A stretch of 64,000 nucleotides of DNA from an uncultured Chloroflexia bacterium (GTDB taxonomy: Bacteria; Chloroflexota; Limnocylindria; QHBO01): assembly GCA_963787025.1 (NCBI GenBank), contig CAWBBG010000002.1, positions 14,444 to 78,443 on the forward strand, given 5' to 3'. This document shows, one piece after another, positions 28,484 to 35,497 of this stretch; positions within the stretch are counted from its first letter, which is position 1; every line of letters begins with the position of its first letter. Both the position numbers and the translations under genes were made by a program. Under the pieces are notes generated by a model. That model was not told where the DNA came from. It saw only the letters and a program-made list of their open reading frames with translations, and did not search any database.

Positions 28484-29782
28484 ATGCCGAGAACGAAGGT
28501 CGCGGCTCGTCCGACCGAGCGAGACGCAGCGCTTGCTGCCCGCATTGGCGAGCGCATCCGAGAGGCGCGACATCGCGCGGGCCTGACTCAGCAGGCCCTG
28601 GCGGGGGAGCGCTATACGAAGGCCTACGTGAGTGCGCTCGAAACGGGCATTGCTCGCCCATCCATGGTCGCCCTGACCTACCTGTCAGATCGTCTGGGCC
28701 TGCCGGCAAGCCACTTCCTGGATGAACGGCACCCGGCGTGGAGCCGTCTGGAGATCGACATGCACCTCGCCGCGGGCGAGTGGCAGGCCGCCGCGGACGG
28801 CTATCGGGCAGTGCTGGACGATCCGCTCGAGGAGCCGGCACGTGCCGAGGCCCTCCGCGGACTCGCGGAGGCGGAGGCGCGGCTGGATCATGGCCGTGCC
28901 GCCGTTGCGGCCGCTTCGGAGGCGGCGCGACTGTTCACGGAGCTTGGGCGTCCGGCGGACGAGGCACTGGCCCGCTACTGGCTGGCGTACGGGATGTATG
29001 AATCGGACAACGAGGGAGATGCACGCAGCCTCCTCACGGCGCTCCTTGAGCGGGTGCGCGGGGGCCTGAGCGTTGAGCCGGACTTCGAGCTCCGGCTGCT
29101 GATGGCCCTGGCGGCGGTCGAGTCACGCTCCGGCAGCTACCGTGAGTCGCTGGACCACCTCGAGGCGGCGCGTGGGATGGCCGCGGATCTCGACGATCGT
29201 CGGCGCGCGACGTTCCTGTTCGGTCTGGCAGTCAGCTACCGCGAGACCGGCGATCTGGAGGCTGCCATCCGCACCGGCACCCAGGCGATGGCGCTCTATC
29301 GCGCGGCTGGAGCAGATCTGGAGAGCGCCTCCATCGAGAACGACCTTGCCCTGGCGTACGTCGCATCGGGCAACATCCAGCGGGCGCGTGGTCTCGCGGA
29401 GCAGGCACACCGCGCGGCAGAAGAGGCCGGGGATGACCGCCTCCTGTCCGCGATTCTCGAGACCGAAGCACAGATCGCGGCCGCAGCGGGTGATCGCCCA
29501 GGCGCGCAGGCGCTGGCGGATCGGTCCGCAGAGCTCGCCCGCGCGAGCGGCAACCGGCTCGCCCTGATGGCATCGGTCCTGACTGGCGCACGGATGCTCC
29601 GCGATGGGAATGAGGTGGCCCGTGCCGAGGAGCGGTACGCGGAAGCCGCAGCCATCGCGCGTGATGGGGGTTCCACGGGTCGGTTGCGTGAGGTGCTCCG
29701 GGAATGGGCGGACCTGCGCGCCGATCGCGGCGATCACCGCGGCGCGTACGAGCTTTCGAGGGAAGCACTCGGAGTCAACTGA
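28484..29782 (+). CDS. XRE-family HTH regulator with a long TPR-like C-terminal domain
   Basis: ATG at 28484. HTH region (IREARHRAGLTQQALAG..YVSALETGIARPSMVALTYLSDRLG), then about 370 aa of helical, Ala/Leu/Arg-rich TPR-like repeats. Confidence 0.8.
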   Translation: MPRTKVAARPTERDAALAARIGERIREARHRAGLTQQALAGERYTKAYVSALETGIARPSMVALTYLSDRLGLPASHFLDERHPAWSRLEIDMHLAAGEWQAAADGYRAVLDDPLEEPARAEALRGLAEAEARLDHGRAAVAAASEAARLFTELGRPADEALARYWLAYGMYESDNEGDARSLLTALLERVRGGLSVEPDFELRLLMALAAVESRSGSYRESLDHLEAARGMAADLDDRRRATFLFGLAVSYRETGDLEAAIRTGTQAMALYRAAGADLESASIENDLALAYVASGNIQRARGLAEQAHRAAEEAGDDRLLSAILETEAQIAAAAGDRPGAQALADRSAELARASGNRLALMASVLTGARMLRDGNEVARAEERYAEAAAIARDGGSTGRLREVLREWADLRADRGDHRGAYELSREALGVN

Positions 29783-29785
29783 GTA

Positions 29786-29815
29786 TTGACAGGTGTGGTT
29801 GGGTGCCCTTAGGCT
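29786..29815 (+). promoter_or_regulatory. Candidate sigma-70-type promoter (TTGACA-18 nt-TAGGCT)
   Basis: A perfect -35 hexamer and a TANNNT -10 lie 4 nt after the regulator's stop. A chance match cannot be excluded. Confidence 0.3.
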
Positions 29816-29821
29816 GATGTG

Positions 29822-29924
29822 AACCCCGGTTGGATGGGCACGCGCTGCTGGGGGGCGGCGTACCAACTGTGGATGACGGGGGAAAGGGATCGGAGAGCGG
29901 GCACTTCTCCGATCCCTTCCTTTT
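29822..29924 (+). ncRNA. Candidate ~100-nt small transcript (sRNA or micro-ORF carrier)
   Basis: Bounded by the promoter motif and a strong intrinsic terminator. CCCC/GGGG and GGUUGG/CCAACU can pair internally. The only ORF lacks an SD and runs through the terminator stem. Confidence 0.3.
29881..29924 (+). terminator. Rho-independent terminator
   Basis: GGAAAGGGATCGGAGA-(9-nt loop)-TCTCCGATCCCTTCC followed by TTTT. Confidence 0.6.
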
Positions 29925-29987
29925 GCCCGGACTGCTGTAGCCCTCCGCGCCCGCTGCACCCGAGCCGCCGCAGGAACGGAAGCGGGT

Positions 29988-30584
29988 TCAGGATGGGGCT
30001 GGCCCGGCCGGCGGCACCACCGTGAACGACCCCGCTGCGATCGGTGCCGCCTCAGGGTCAAGGTAGATTCGCAGCACGAAGTCACCAGGCCCGAACGCCT
30101 GGATGAGCCCGTCGGTGGTCACGAGGTAGGCGATCACCGGGCGCTCTGCCAGGGTCTTCTGGGCCCGTGGCGCCTGTACCTGGAGCAGGCCTTCGGCGGT
30201 CGCGCGCAGGACCTCCACGTACACGGTCTGCTGTCCGACGTCCGTGGCAAGGCGCACGGAGTAGGCAAAAGGCTCTCCCGGCCGGAAATGGGCGGTGCGC
30301 TGCGTTGCCTCCCCGGAGTCATGGTCGATGGCGGTGCCGAACACGACGGGAAGGGTCGTGGGCGCCGGAGAACCGGTCGCAGCGGCCGTTCCGGCGTCTC
30401 GCCCAGGGCGGCCGACGATGAACGCGACCGCCACCACCAGACCCACGACGGCGACCCAGCCGAGGACCGATGCCCGGCGTGCGAGGCCAGGCTCACCACG
30501 AGGACGCGCCATGGGGCCACGACCGTGGGTGGCCGCTGCGCCGGGCGCAGCCTGGGAACGCCGACGACCACGGGGAAAGGGCAT
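29988..30584 (-). CDS. Hypothetical membrane-anchored protein
   Basis: One TM segment (VLGWVAVVGLVVAVAFIV) followed by a ~130-aa extracytoplasmic domain. An alternative ATG lies at 30512. Confidence 0.5.
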   Translation of the reverse strand: MPFPRGRRRSQAAPGAAATHGRGPMARPRGEPGLARRASVLGWVAVVGLVVAVAFIVGRPGRDAGTAAATGSPAPTTLPVVFGTAIDHDSGEATQRTAHFRPGEPFAYSVRLATDVGQQTVYVEVLRATAEGLLQVQAPRAQKTLAERPVIAYLVTTDGLIQAFGPGDFVLRIYLDPEAAPIAAGSFTVVPPAGPAPS

Positions 30585-30612
30585 CAGGCGGCCATCCTAG
30601 TACGATGAGGAC

Positions 30613-31149
30613 ATGCCTCGACGCCTCTTCGTCTTCGACCGGGCCGACCGATTCGTGGCTGCCGCCATCGGTCAGCCGGGGAACAGGGTGTTTTACCTGC
30701 AGGCCCGACAGAAACGGGCGGTCGTCACGGTTGGGCTGGAGAAGACGCAGGTTGCGGCGCTCGCCCAGCGGATAGGGGAGCTACTGGTGTCGGTGGGGGC
30801 GGTCGGACAGGCGCCGGTCGGAGCGGCCGGGAGTGCCCCGGTGCTCGAGGAGCCCGTCGTCGAGGCGTTCAGGGTGGGTCTGCTTGCCCTGGGTTGGGAC
30901 CCGGAGGCGGAGTCGGTCTTCGTCGAGGCACGGTCGATCAACGAGGACGGCGAGTATCCAGAGGTCGCGGATGACGAGCCCGATGGACCGGATCTGCTCC
31001 GGGTACGGATGAGCGCGATTGGCGCCCGAGCGTTCGCGGTCGCCGCCAGCGCCCTCGTGGCGGCCGGGCGGCCGGCCTGCCCGTTCTGCGGCCAGCCCCT
31101 GGATCCGGCCGGCCACTTCTGCGCACGCATGAACGGCCATCTCAACTGA
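30613..31149 (+). CDS. DUF3090-family protein
   Basis: Full-length resemblance to the actinobacterial DUF3090 family (FVFDRADRFVAAAIGQPGNRVFYLQA.. and C-terminal CPFCGQPLDPAGHFCARMNGH). Confidence 0.85.
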   Translation: MPRRLFVFDRADRFVAAAIGQPGNRVFYLQARQKRAVVTVGLEKTQVAALAQRIGELLVSVGAVGQAPVGAAGSAPVLEEPVVEAFRVGLLALGWDPEAESVFVEARSINEDGEYPEVADDEPDGPDLLRVRMSAIGARAFAVAASALVAAGRPACPFCGQPLDPAGHFCARMNGHLN

Positions 31150-31152
31150 GAG

Positions 31153-31794
31153 GTGCGGGCTGCCATGACCCGAGGCGCCGGATCGGCGGACGAGCGACGA
31201 CGGACCGCTCCGCTGGAGCAGGCGGATCCTGAACGTGCCTTTCGGGTGGACTGGATCGATGCCAGGGACCTCGTCGACGGGGCGCCCGGCCGCCTGGGGC
31301 TGACCTTCCTCCCCGGCAAGCACGGCGTTTCGTCGCGGTATCCGGGACTCGTCTATGCCCGCGATCTGGCGGAGGACCTGGCCGCCCTCCATGCGCACGG
31401 TGTCCGCCTGCTTCTCCTGCTGGTCGAGGATCACGAGCTGCGGCGGTGGGGCGACCCCGACATCGTCGCGGCGGGGGAGCGGGTTGGCGTCACGGTGCAT
31501 CGCCACCCGTTGCCGGACGGTGCCGCACCCACATCGGTGGACGAGATGGCGTCGCTCATCGCAGCCCTGCGCTCGGCGCGAGCGGATCGGGACGTGGCGG
31601 TGGCCTGCATGGGCGGAGTCGGTCGTACCGGGACCGTCGCCGCGTGCGCGCTGGTCGAGGCCGGCCTGAGTGCTCAGGCTGCCATTGAGCATGTCCGACG
31701 CGTGCGCCATCCGGATGCCGTGGAGACGCATGCGCAGCGCGCATTCGTGGCCCGCTACGCTGCTGCGCGCACCGGCGCAGCGCGGCCGCGGTGA
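31153..31794 (+). CDS. Cys-based protein tyrosine / dual-specificity phosphatase (CX5R)
   Basis: P-loop VACMGGVGRTG, an upstream LTFLPGKH element, and the general acid region HPLPDG. An ATG at 31165 is an alternative start. Confidence 0.8.
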   Translation: MRAAMTRGAGSADERRRTAPLEQADPERAFRVDWIDARDLVDGAPGRLGLTFLPGKHGVSSRYPGLVYARDLAEDLAALHAHGVRLLLLLVEDHELRRWGDPDIVAAGERVGVTVHRHPLPDGAAPTSVDEMASLIAALRSARADRDVAVACMGGVGRTGTVAACALVEAGLSAQAAIEHVRRVRHPDAVETHAQRAFVARYAAARTGAARPR

Positions 31795-31816
31795 TCGACA
31801 CCCTGCGAGAGAACGG

Positions 31817-32383
31817 CTAGCGGTGGCCCTTCGCGGCGGCGGTGAGCGAGGGAGAGCTCACCTGCTCGAACGAGAGCAGGAATCGGCGGAGCAGGGCGTT
31901 CAGCTGCTCCTTCTCGTCCAGCGTCAGCGCTGAAGCGATGAGTGCCTCCTTGGTGGCCTGCGCATCGGTCGAGGTCTGCCACGCCTGCCACCCCGCGTCG
32001 GTCAGGGTCACCTGCAGGCCGCGCCGGTCGGAGGGGTCAGGCTGGCGGCGGATGAGGCCGGCCGCCTCCATCCGGTCGAGCCGGTTGGTCATGGCCCCGC
32101 TGGAGAGCCCCATCTCGCCGGCGAGCTGACCCGGGGAGCGGCGGTACGGAGGCCCGGAACGCCGGAGCGCTCCCAGCAGGCGCCACTCGCCGCGATGGAG
32201 GTTCTGGAGCATGAGCGTCTCCTCCATGGCGTGATCGAGGTGCCGCGCGATCTTCTGGATTCGCTCCACGATTCCCTCGGTGGCCAGGTCGAGATCCGGG
32301 AGCTCGCGCTTCCAGATCTCGAGCATGCCGTCGATATGGTCGCAGTCCGCCGGGTCGAGCTCGGACGCTGCAGGTTGCTTCAT
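31817..32383 (-). CDS. MarR-family transcriptional regulator
   Basis: ATG at 32383. Winged-helix core (GQLAGEMGLSSGAMTNRLDRMEAAGLIRRQPDPSDRRGLQVTLT). Confidence 0.85.
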   Translation of the reverse strand: MKQPAASELDPADCDHIDGMLEIWKRELPDLDLATEGIVERIQKIARHLDHAMEETLMLQNLHRGEWRLLGALRRSGPPYRRSPGQLAGEMGLSSGAMTNRLDRMEAAGLIRRQPDPSDRRGLQVTLTDAGWQAWQTSTDAQATKEALIASALTLDEKEQLNALLRRFLLSFEQVSSPSLTAAAKGHR

Positions 32384-32407
32384 GCACAGGAGTCTCCACA
32401 TAAAGTG

Positions 32408-32421
32408 TCTTGACGTCAAGA
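32408..32421. promoter_or_regulatory. Perfect 14-bp palindrome TCTTGACGTCAAGA (candidate MarR operator)
   Basis: Lies 25 nt upstream of the MarR start in a low-GC divergent spacer. A related half-site, TTGACGTA, occurs at 32463. Confidence 0.4.
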
Positions 32422-32512
32422 GACCAATGGACTACAGTTCGAGTAGTTCGATCTCAAGATAGTTGACGTAAAGGTAGCGACCGCCGAATTCGACGGTCGG
32501 AGGAATTCCGCG

Positions 32513-32734
32513 ATGTACTTCGAAGCGTTTGACCCCGTGTTGCTGCAGGTGAACGGCGATGCGTACGTTCGCGCGCTGCAGGAGACCATGGCTGCTGATC
32601 GGCGGATGGCGGCGATGGCCGCGACGCGCCGCTGGATCGGGGAGCGCCTTGTCCAGATGGGCGAGTCCCTGGCTGCCGACTCGTCCCTGCGCCAGGCGCC
32701 CAACGCCGCGCATGCCGGCCAGCAGGGCTGCTGA
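32513..32734 (+). CDS. Hypothetical small protein (73 aa)
   Basis: ATG preceded by GGAGGA at about 8-nt spacing. First gene of the operon divergent from MarR. No family recognised. Confidence 0.45.
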   Translation: MYFEAFDPVLLQVNGDAYVRALQETMAADRRMAAMAATRRWIGERLVQMGESLAADSSLRQAPNAAHAGQQGC

Positions 32735-32767
32735 GCGGAGAGTTGACCGCGCACGGCATCATGAGCC

Positions 32768-33902
32768 GTGCGCTACGACGCCATCGTCATCGGACTGGGG
32801 GGCATGGGCAGCGCGACCGCGGCACATCTCGCGCATCGGGGCTGGCGCGTCCTTGGCCTGGAGCAGTACGACCTGCTGCATGAGCGTGGATCGTCCCACG
32901 GCCTGACCCGCATCATCCGACTGACGTACCACGAGCATCCGGCCTATGTACCCCTGCTTCGGCGGGCCTACGAGCTGTGGCACGCCCTGGAGGCGGAGGC
33001 GGATGAACGGCTGCTGGTGCAGACCGGCAGCCTGGAGGGGGGACCAGAGGACGGAACCACCTTCCGCGGTGCCCTTGCCGCCGCCGAGCTCCACGGGCTG
33101 CGACACGAGGTCCTCGATGCGCGCGAGATGGTCCGGCGCTTCCCGGCGTACCGCGGCTTTCCGGAGGCGACGCGGGCGGTGCTGCAACCCGACGGCGGGC
33201 TTCCTGCTCGCCGAGCGCTGCGTGCTTGCGAACGTCAACGTCGCGCTGCGTCACGGTGCGGAGCTACGGTTTCGAACCCCGGCCATCGCGTGGGAGCCGA
33301 CCGACCAGGGTGGGGTCCGCGTCACCACGCCCGCGGGGACGGACGAAGCGGAGCGGCTCGTCATCTGCGGCGGCGCCTGGGCCGCGCGGCTGGTGCCGGC
33401 GCTGGGCGGGGTCGCCAACCCTGAGCGCCAGGTGCTGGCATGGCTGCAGCCGACCCGGCCGGAGCGCTTCGAACCCCGGATCTTCCCGGTCTTCCTTCTC
33501 GACGTGGAAGAGGGGAGCTACTACGGCTTTCCGGTGCACGACGTGCCCGGCTTCAAGTTCGGCCGGTACCACCACCGCGAAGAGAGCATCGATCCGGACA
33601 GCCCTGACCGCGCCGTCGATGTCGAGGACGAGACGCTCCTGCGCTCGTTTGCGGAGCGGTATTTCCCCGATGGTGCCGGACCGACGGTGATGCTCAAGGC
33701 GTGCATCTTCACGAACACCCCTGATGAGCATTTCGTCCTCGACACGCTGCCCGAGACACCGCAGGTCAGCGTTGCGGCTGGGTTCAGCGGACACGGCTTC
33801 AAGTTCTGCTCCGTGGTGGGCGAGGTGATGGCGGATCTGGCGATGCACGGTGACACCAGCCACGACATCGGCCTCTTCGAGCTCGCGCGCTTCCGCGACT
33901 GA
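32768..33902 (+). pseudogene. Monomeric sarcosine / N-methyltryptophan oxidase-like flavoenzyme, 1-nt insertion near 33200
   Basis: FAD motif YDAIVIGLGGMGSA. After ..VLQPDGG the frame shifts and continues as FLLAERCV.. in ORF 32946..33902, ending ..GFSGHGFKF... Confidence 0.8.
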
Positions 33903-34062
33903 ACCCGGAAGTACGGGGCGGGTACTGCACCTCACCGCACCTGGTCGGTTCGGTGCAGTCCGCCACGAGGCCCCCGTTGGCCAGAGGTACCACTTCGTCA
34001 TAGGCATATCCGGGTGCGAGATCCATCCTATCGGTGTGATCCGCAATAACTGGAACCGTGAA

Positions 34063-34947
34063 ATGAACCGCCAAGAGCGTCTTAGCGAGCTGAGCCCAAC
34101 CCGCCGAGCGCTGCTCGGAGCGGGTATCGCAACCATCGCTTTCTCCCTCATCCTGAGCATCGCCCCAGCGTTGGGGAAGAACGCGAACGCCGGCACCGTC
34201 AAGATCCATGACGTGTCGAGCGGACAGACATACGACGACAAGGCCAACGACCCGACCGTGTGTGCGTTCACGGTCATCTTCGACTTCAGCGACCCGGTCC
34301 AGCAGGGAACCTGGGAGATCCTTGTGCAGGATTCCGGGTGGATCGCGACCGGAAAGGCCGGGACGTACGACACGACTCTGGATGGCACCTACGAGACCGA
34401 CCTCGTCACCCTGGCGGCCGGCCACTACAAGTTCGAATACCAGCCGGCGGGCACGGCGAACGGCAGCAAGAGCAAGGTGTTCACGGTGGGCGAGTCGTGC
34501 GATGCCGCCGATCCGGCCGACACTTCAACGGCCTCGCCGACACCCAGCATCGTGGCCGATCCGGCCGACACTTCAACGGCCTCGCCGACCCCGAGCATCG
34601 TGGCCGATCCGGCCGACACTTCAACGGCGTCGCCGACCCCGAGCATCGTGGCCGATCCGACCGACACTTCAACGGCGTCGCCGACCCCGAGCATCGTGGC
34701 CGATCCGACGGCCAGCGCAACGACGTCGGCGACCGAGGGTGCCGTGGCAGGCGTGACCGGGTCGAGCGAACCGTCGGCCAGCCCTGCCGAGGGCACGACG
34801 ATCAGCGACGGGACCACCGACCAGCTCCCGAACACGTCGATCGGCGACACCATCACCTTGACCAGCCTCCTGACGGCGCTGGGCCTGCTGATGATCATCG
34901 CCGCCCACCCATTCATCCGTCGTTCGGCGCATGCGGATCGCGCCTGA
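34063..34947 (+). CDS. Secreted repeat protein with an LPXTG-like (LPNTS) C-terminal sorting signal
   Basis: ATG at 34063, signal peptide, a beta-rich domain, four copies of ADP(A/T)DTSTASPTPSIV, then LPNTS followed by a hydrophobic stretch and an RRSAH tail. Confidence 0.7.
   Translation: MNRQERLSELSPTRRALLGAGIATIAFSLILSIAPALGKNANAGTVKIHDVSSGQTYDDKANDPTVCAFTVIFDFSDPVQQGTWEILVQDSGWIATGKAGTYDTTLDGTYETDLVTLAAGHYKFEYQPAGTANGSKSKVFTVGESCDAADPADTSTASPTPSIVADPADTSTASPTPSIVADPADTSTASPTPSIVADPTDTSTASPTPSIVADPTASATTSATEGAVAGVTGSSEPSASPAEGTTISDGTTDQLPNTSIGDTITLTSLLTALGLLMIIAAHPFIRRSAHADRA
34507..34710 (+). repeat. 48-bp in-frame tandem repeat, 4.25 copies, 96-98% identical
   Basis: Units start at 34507, 34555, 34603 and 34651, with a partial fifth unit. 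They differ by 1-3 nt. Confidence 0.9.
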
Positions 34948-35082
34948 CGGAGCGGGGCCAGTGTGCCCATTGCCCCGCGAACACGCCGGCCCATTGCCCG
35001 GGCCGGCGTGTTTCTTTGTCCTTCACGATTCCGTCACGGCGTCGACATCGGCCTGGCACGAGTCCTGGGGCAAAATGGCGGC

Positions 35083-35497
35083 ATGCAGAAGCTGACCAAG
35101 TCCGACGTGGAGTGGGCCCGGGAGCTCACAGCGGAGCAGTACCGGGTCCTTCGCGAGAAGGGGACCGAACGGGCCTTTACGGGCGTCTACTGGGACGAGC
35201 ACCGATCGGGGGTCTACCGGTGTGCGGGCTGCGGGAACGAGCTGTTCGGCTCGGACACCAAATACGACTCCCGATCCGGCTGGCCCAGCTTCTTCGCCCC
35301 GTTGGCTGATGAGTCGGTGGAGACGGAGACGGATCGATCCTTCTTCATGACGCGCACGGAAGTGCGCTGCGGCCAGTGCGGCGGTCACCTGGGGCACGTC
35401 TTCCCCGGACGGACCGCGTCCCACGGGTCTGCGCTACTGCATCAACTCCGCGGCGCTTCGCCTCGAGCCGACGGCGTCGTCAGCGGACGAGGCATAG
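35083..35497 (+). pseudogene. msrB: Peptide-methionine (R)-S-oxide reductase MsrB, 1-nt insertion at ~35407
   Basis: CAGC..(n)..[12 protein letters not shown] is intact. The expected [22 protein letters not shown] is readable only after dropping one G in CCCGGAC, and the restored frame stops at 35495-35497. Confidence 0.85.

Noticed and set aside
29819-30025. 68-aa ORF (MNPGWMGTRCWGAAYQLW...) as a conventional protein gene
   Set aside because: It has no SD, it passes straight through a strong terminator hairpin, and it continues as Pro/Arg-rich sequence. Only the first ~25 codons could matter; see the finding on 28484-29924.
34507-34710. Regular 48-bp repeats as a possible CRISPR array
   Set aside because: The units are directly adjacent with no spacers, are in frame inside a secreted protein, and encode a Pro/Thr/Ser-rich peptide repeat. 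No cas genes are present.
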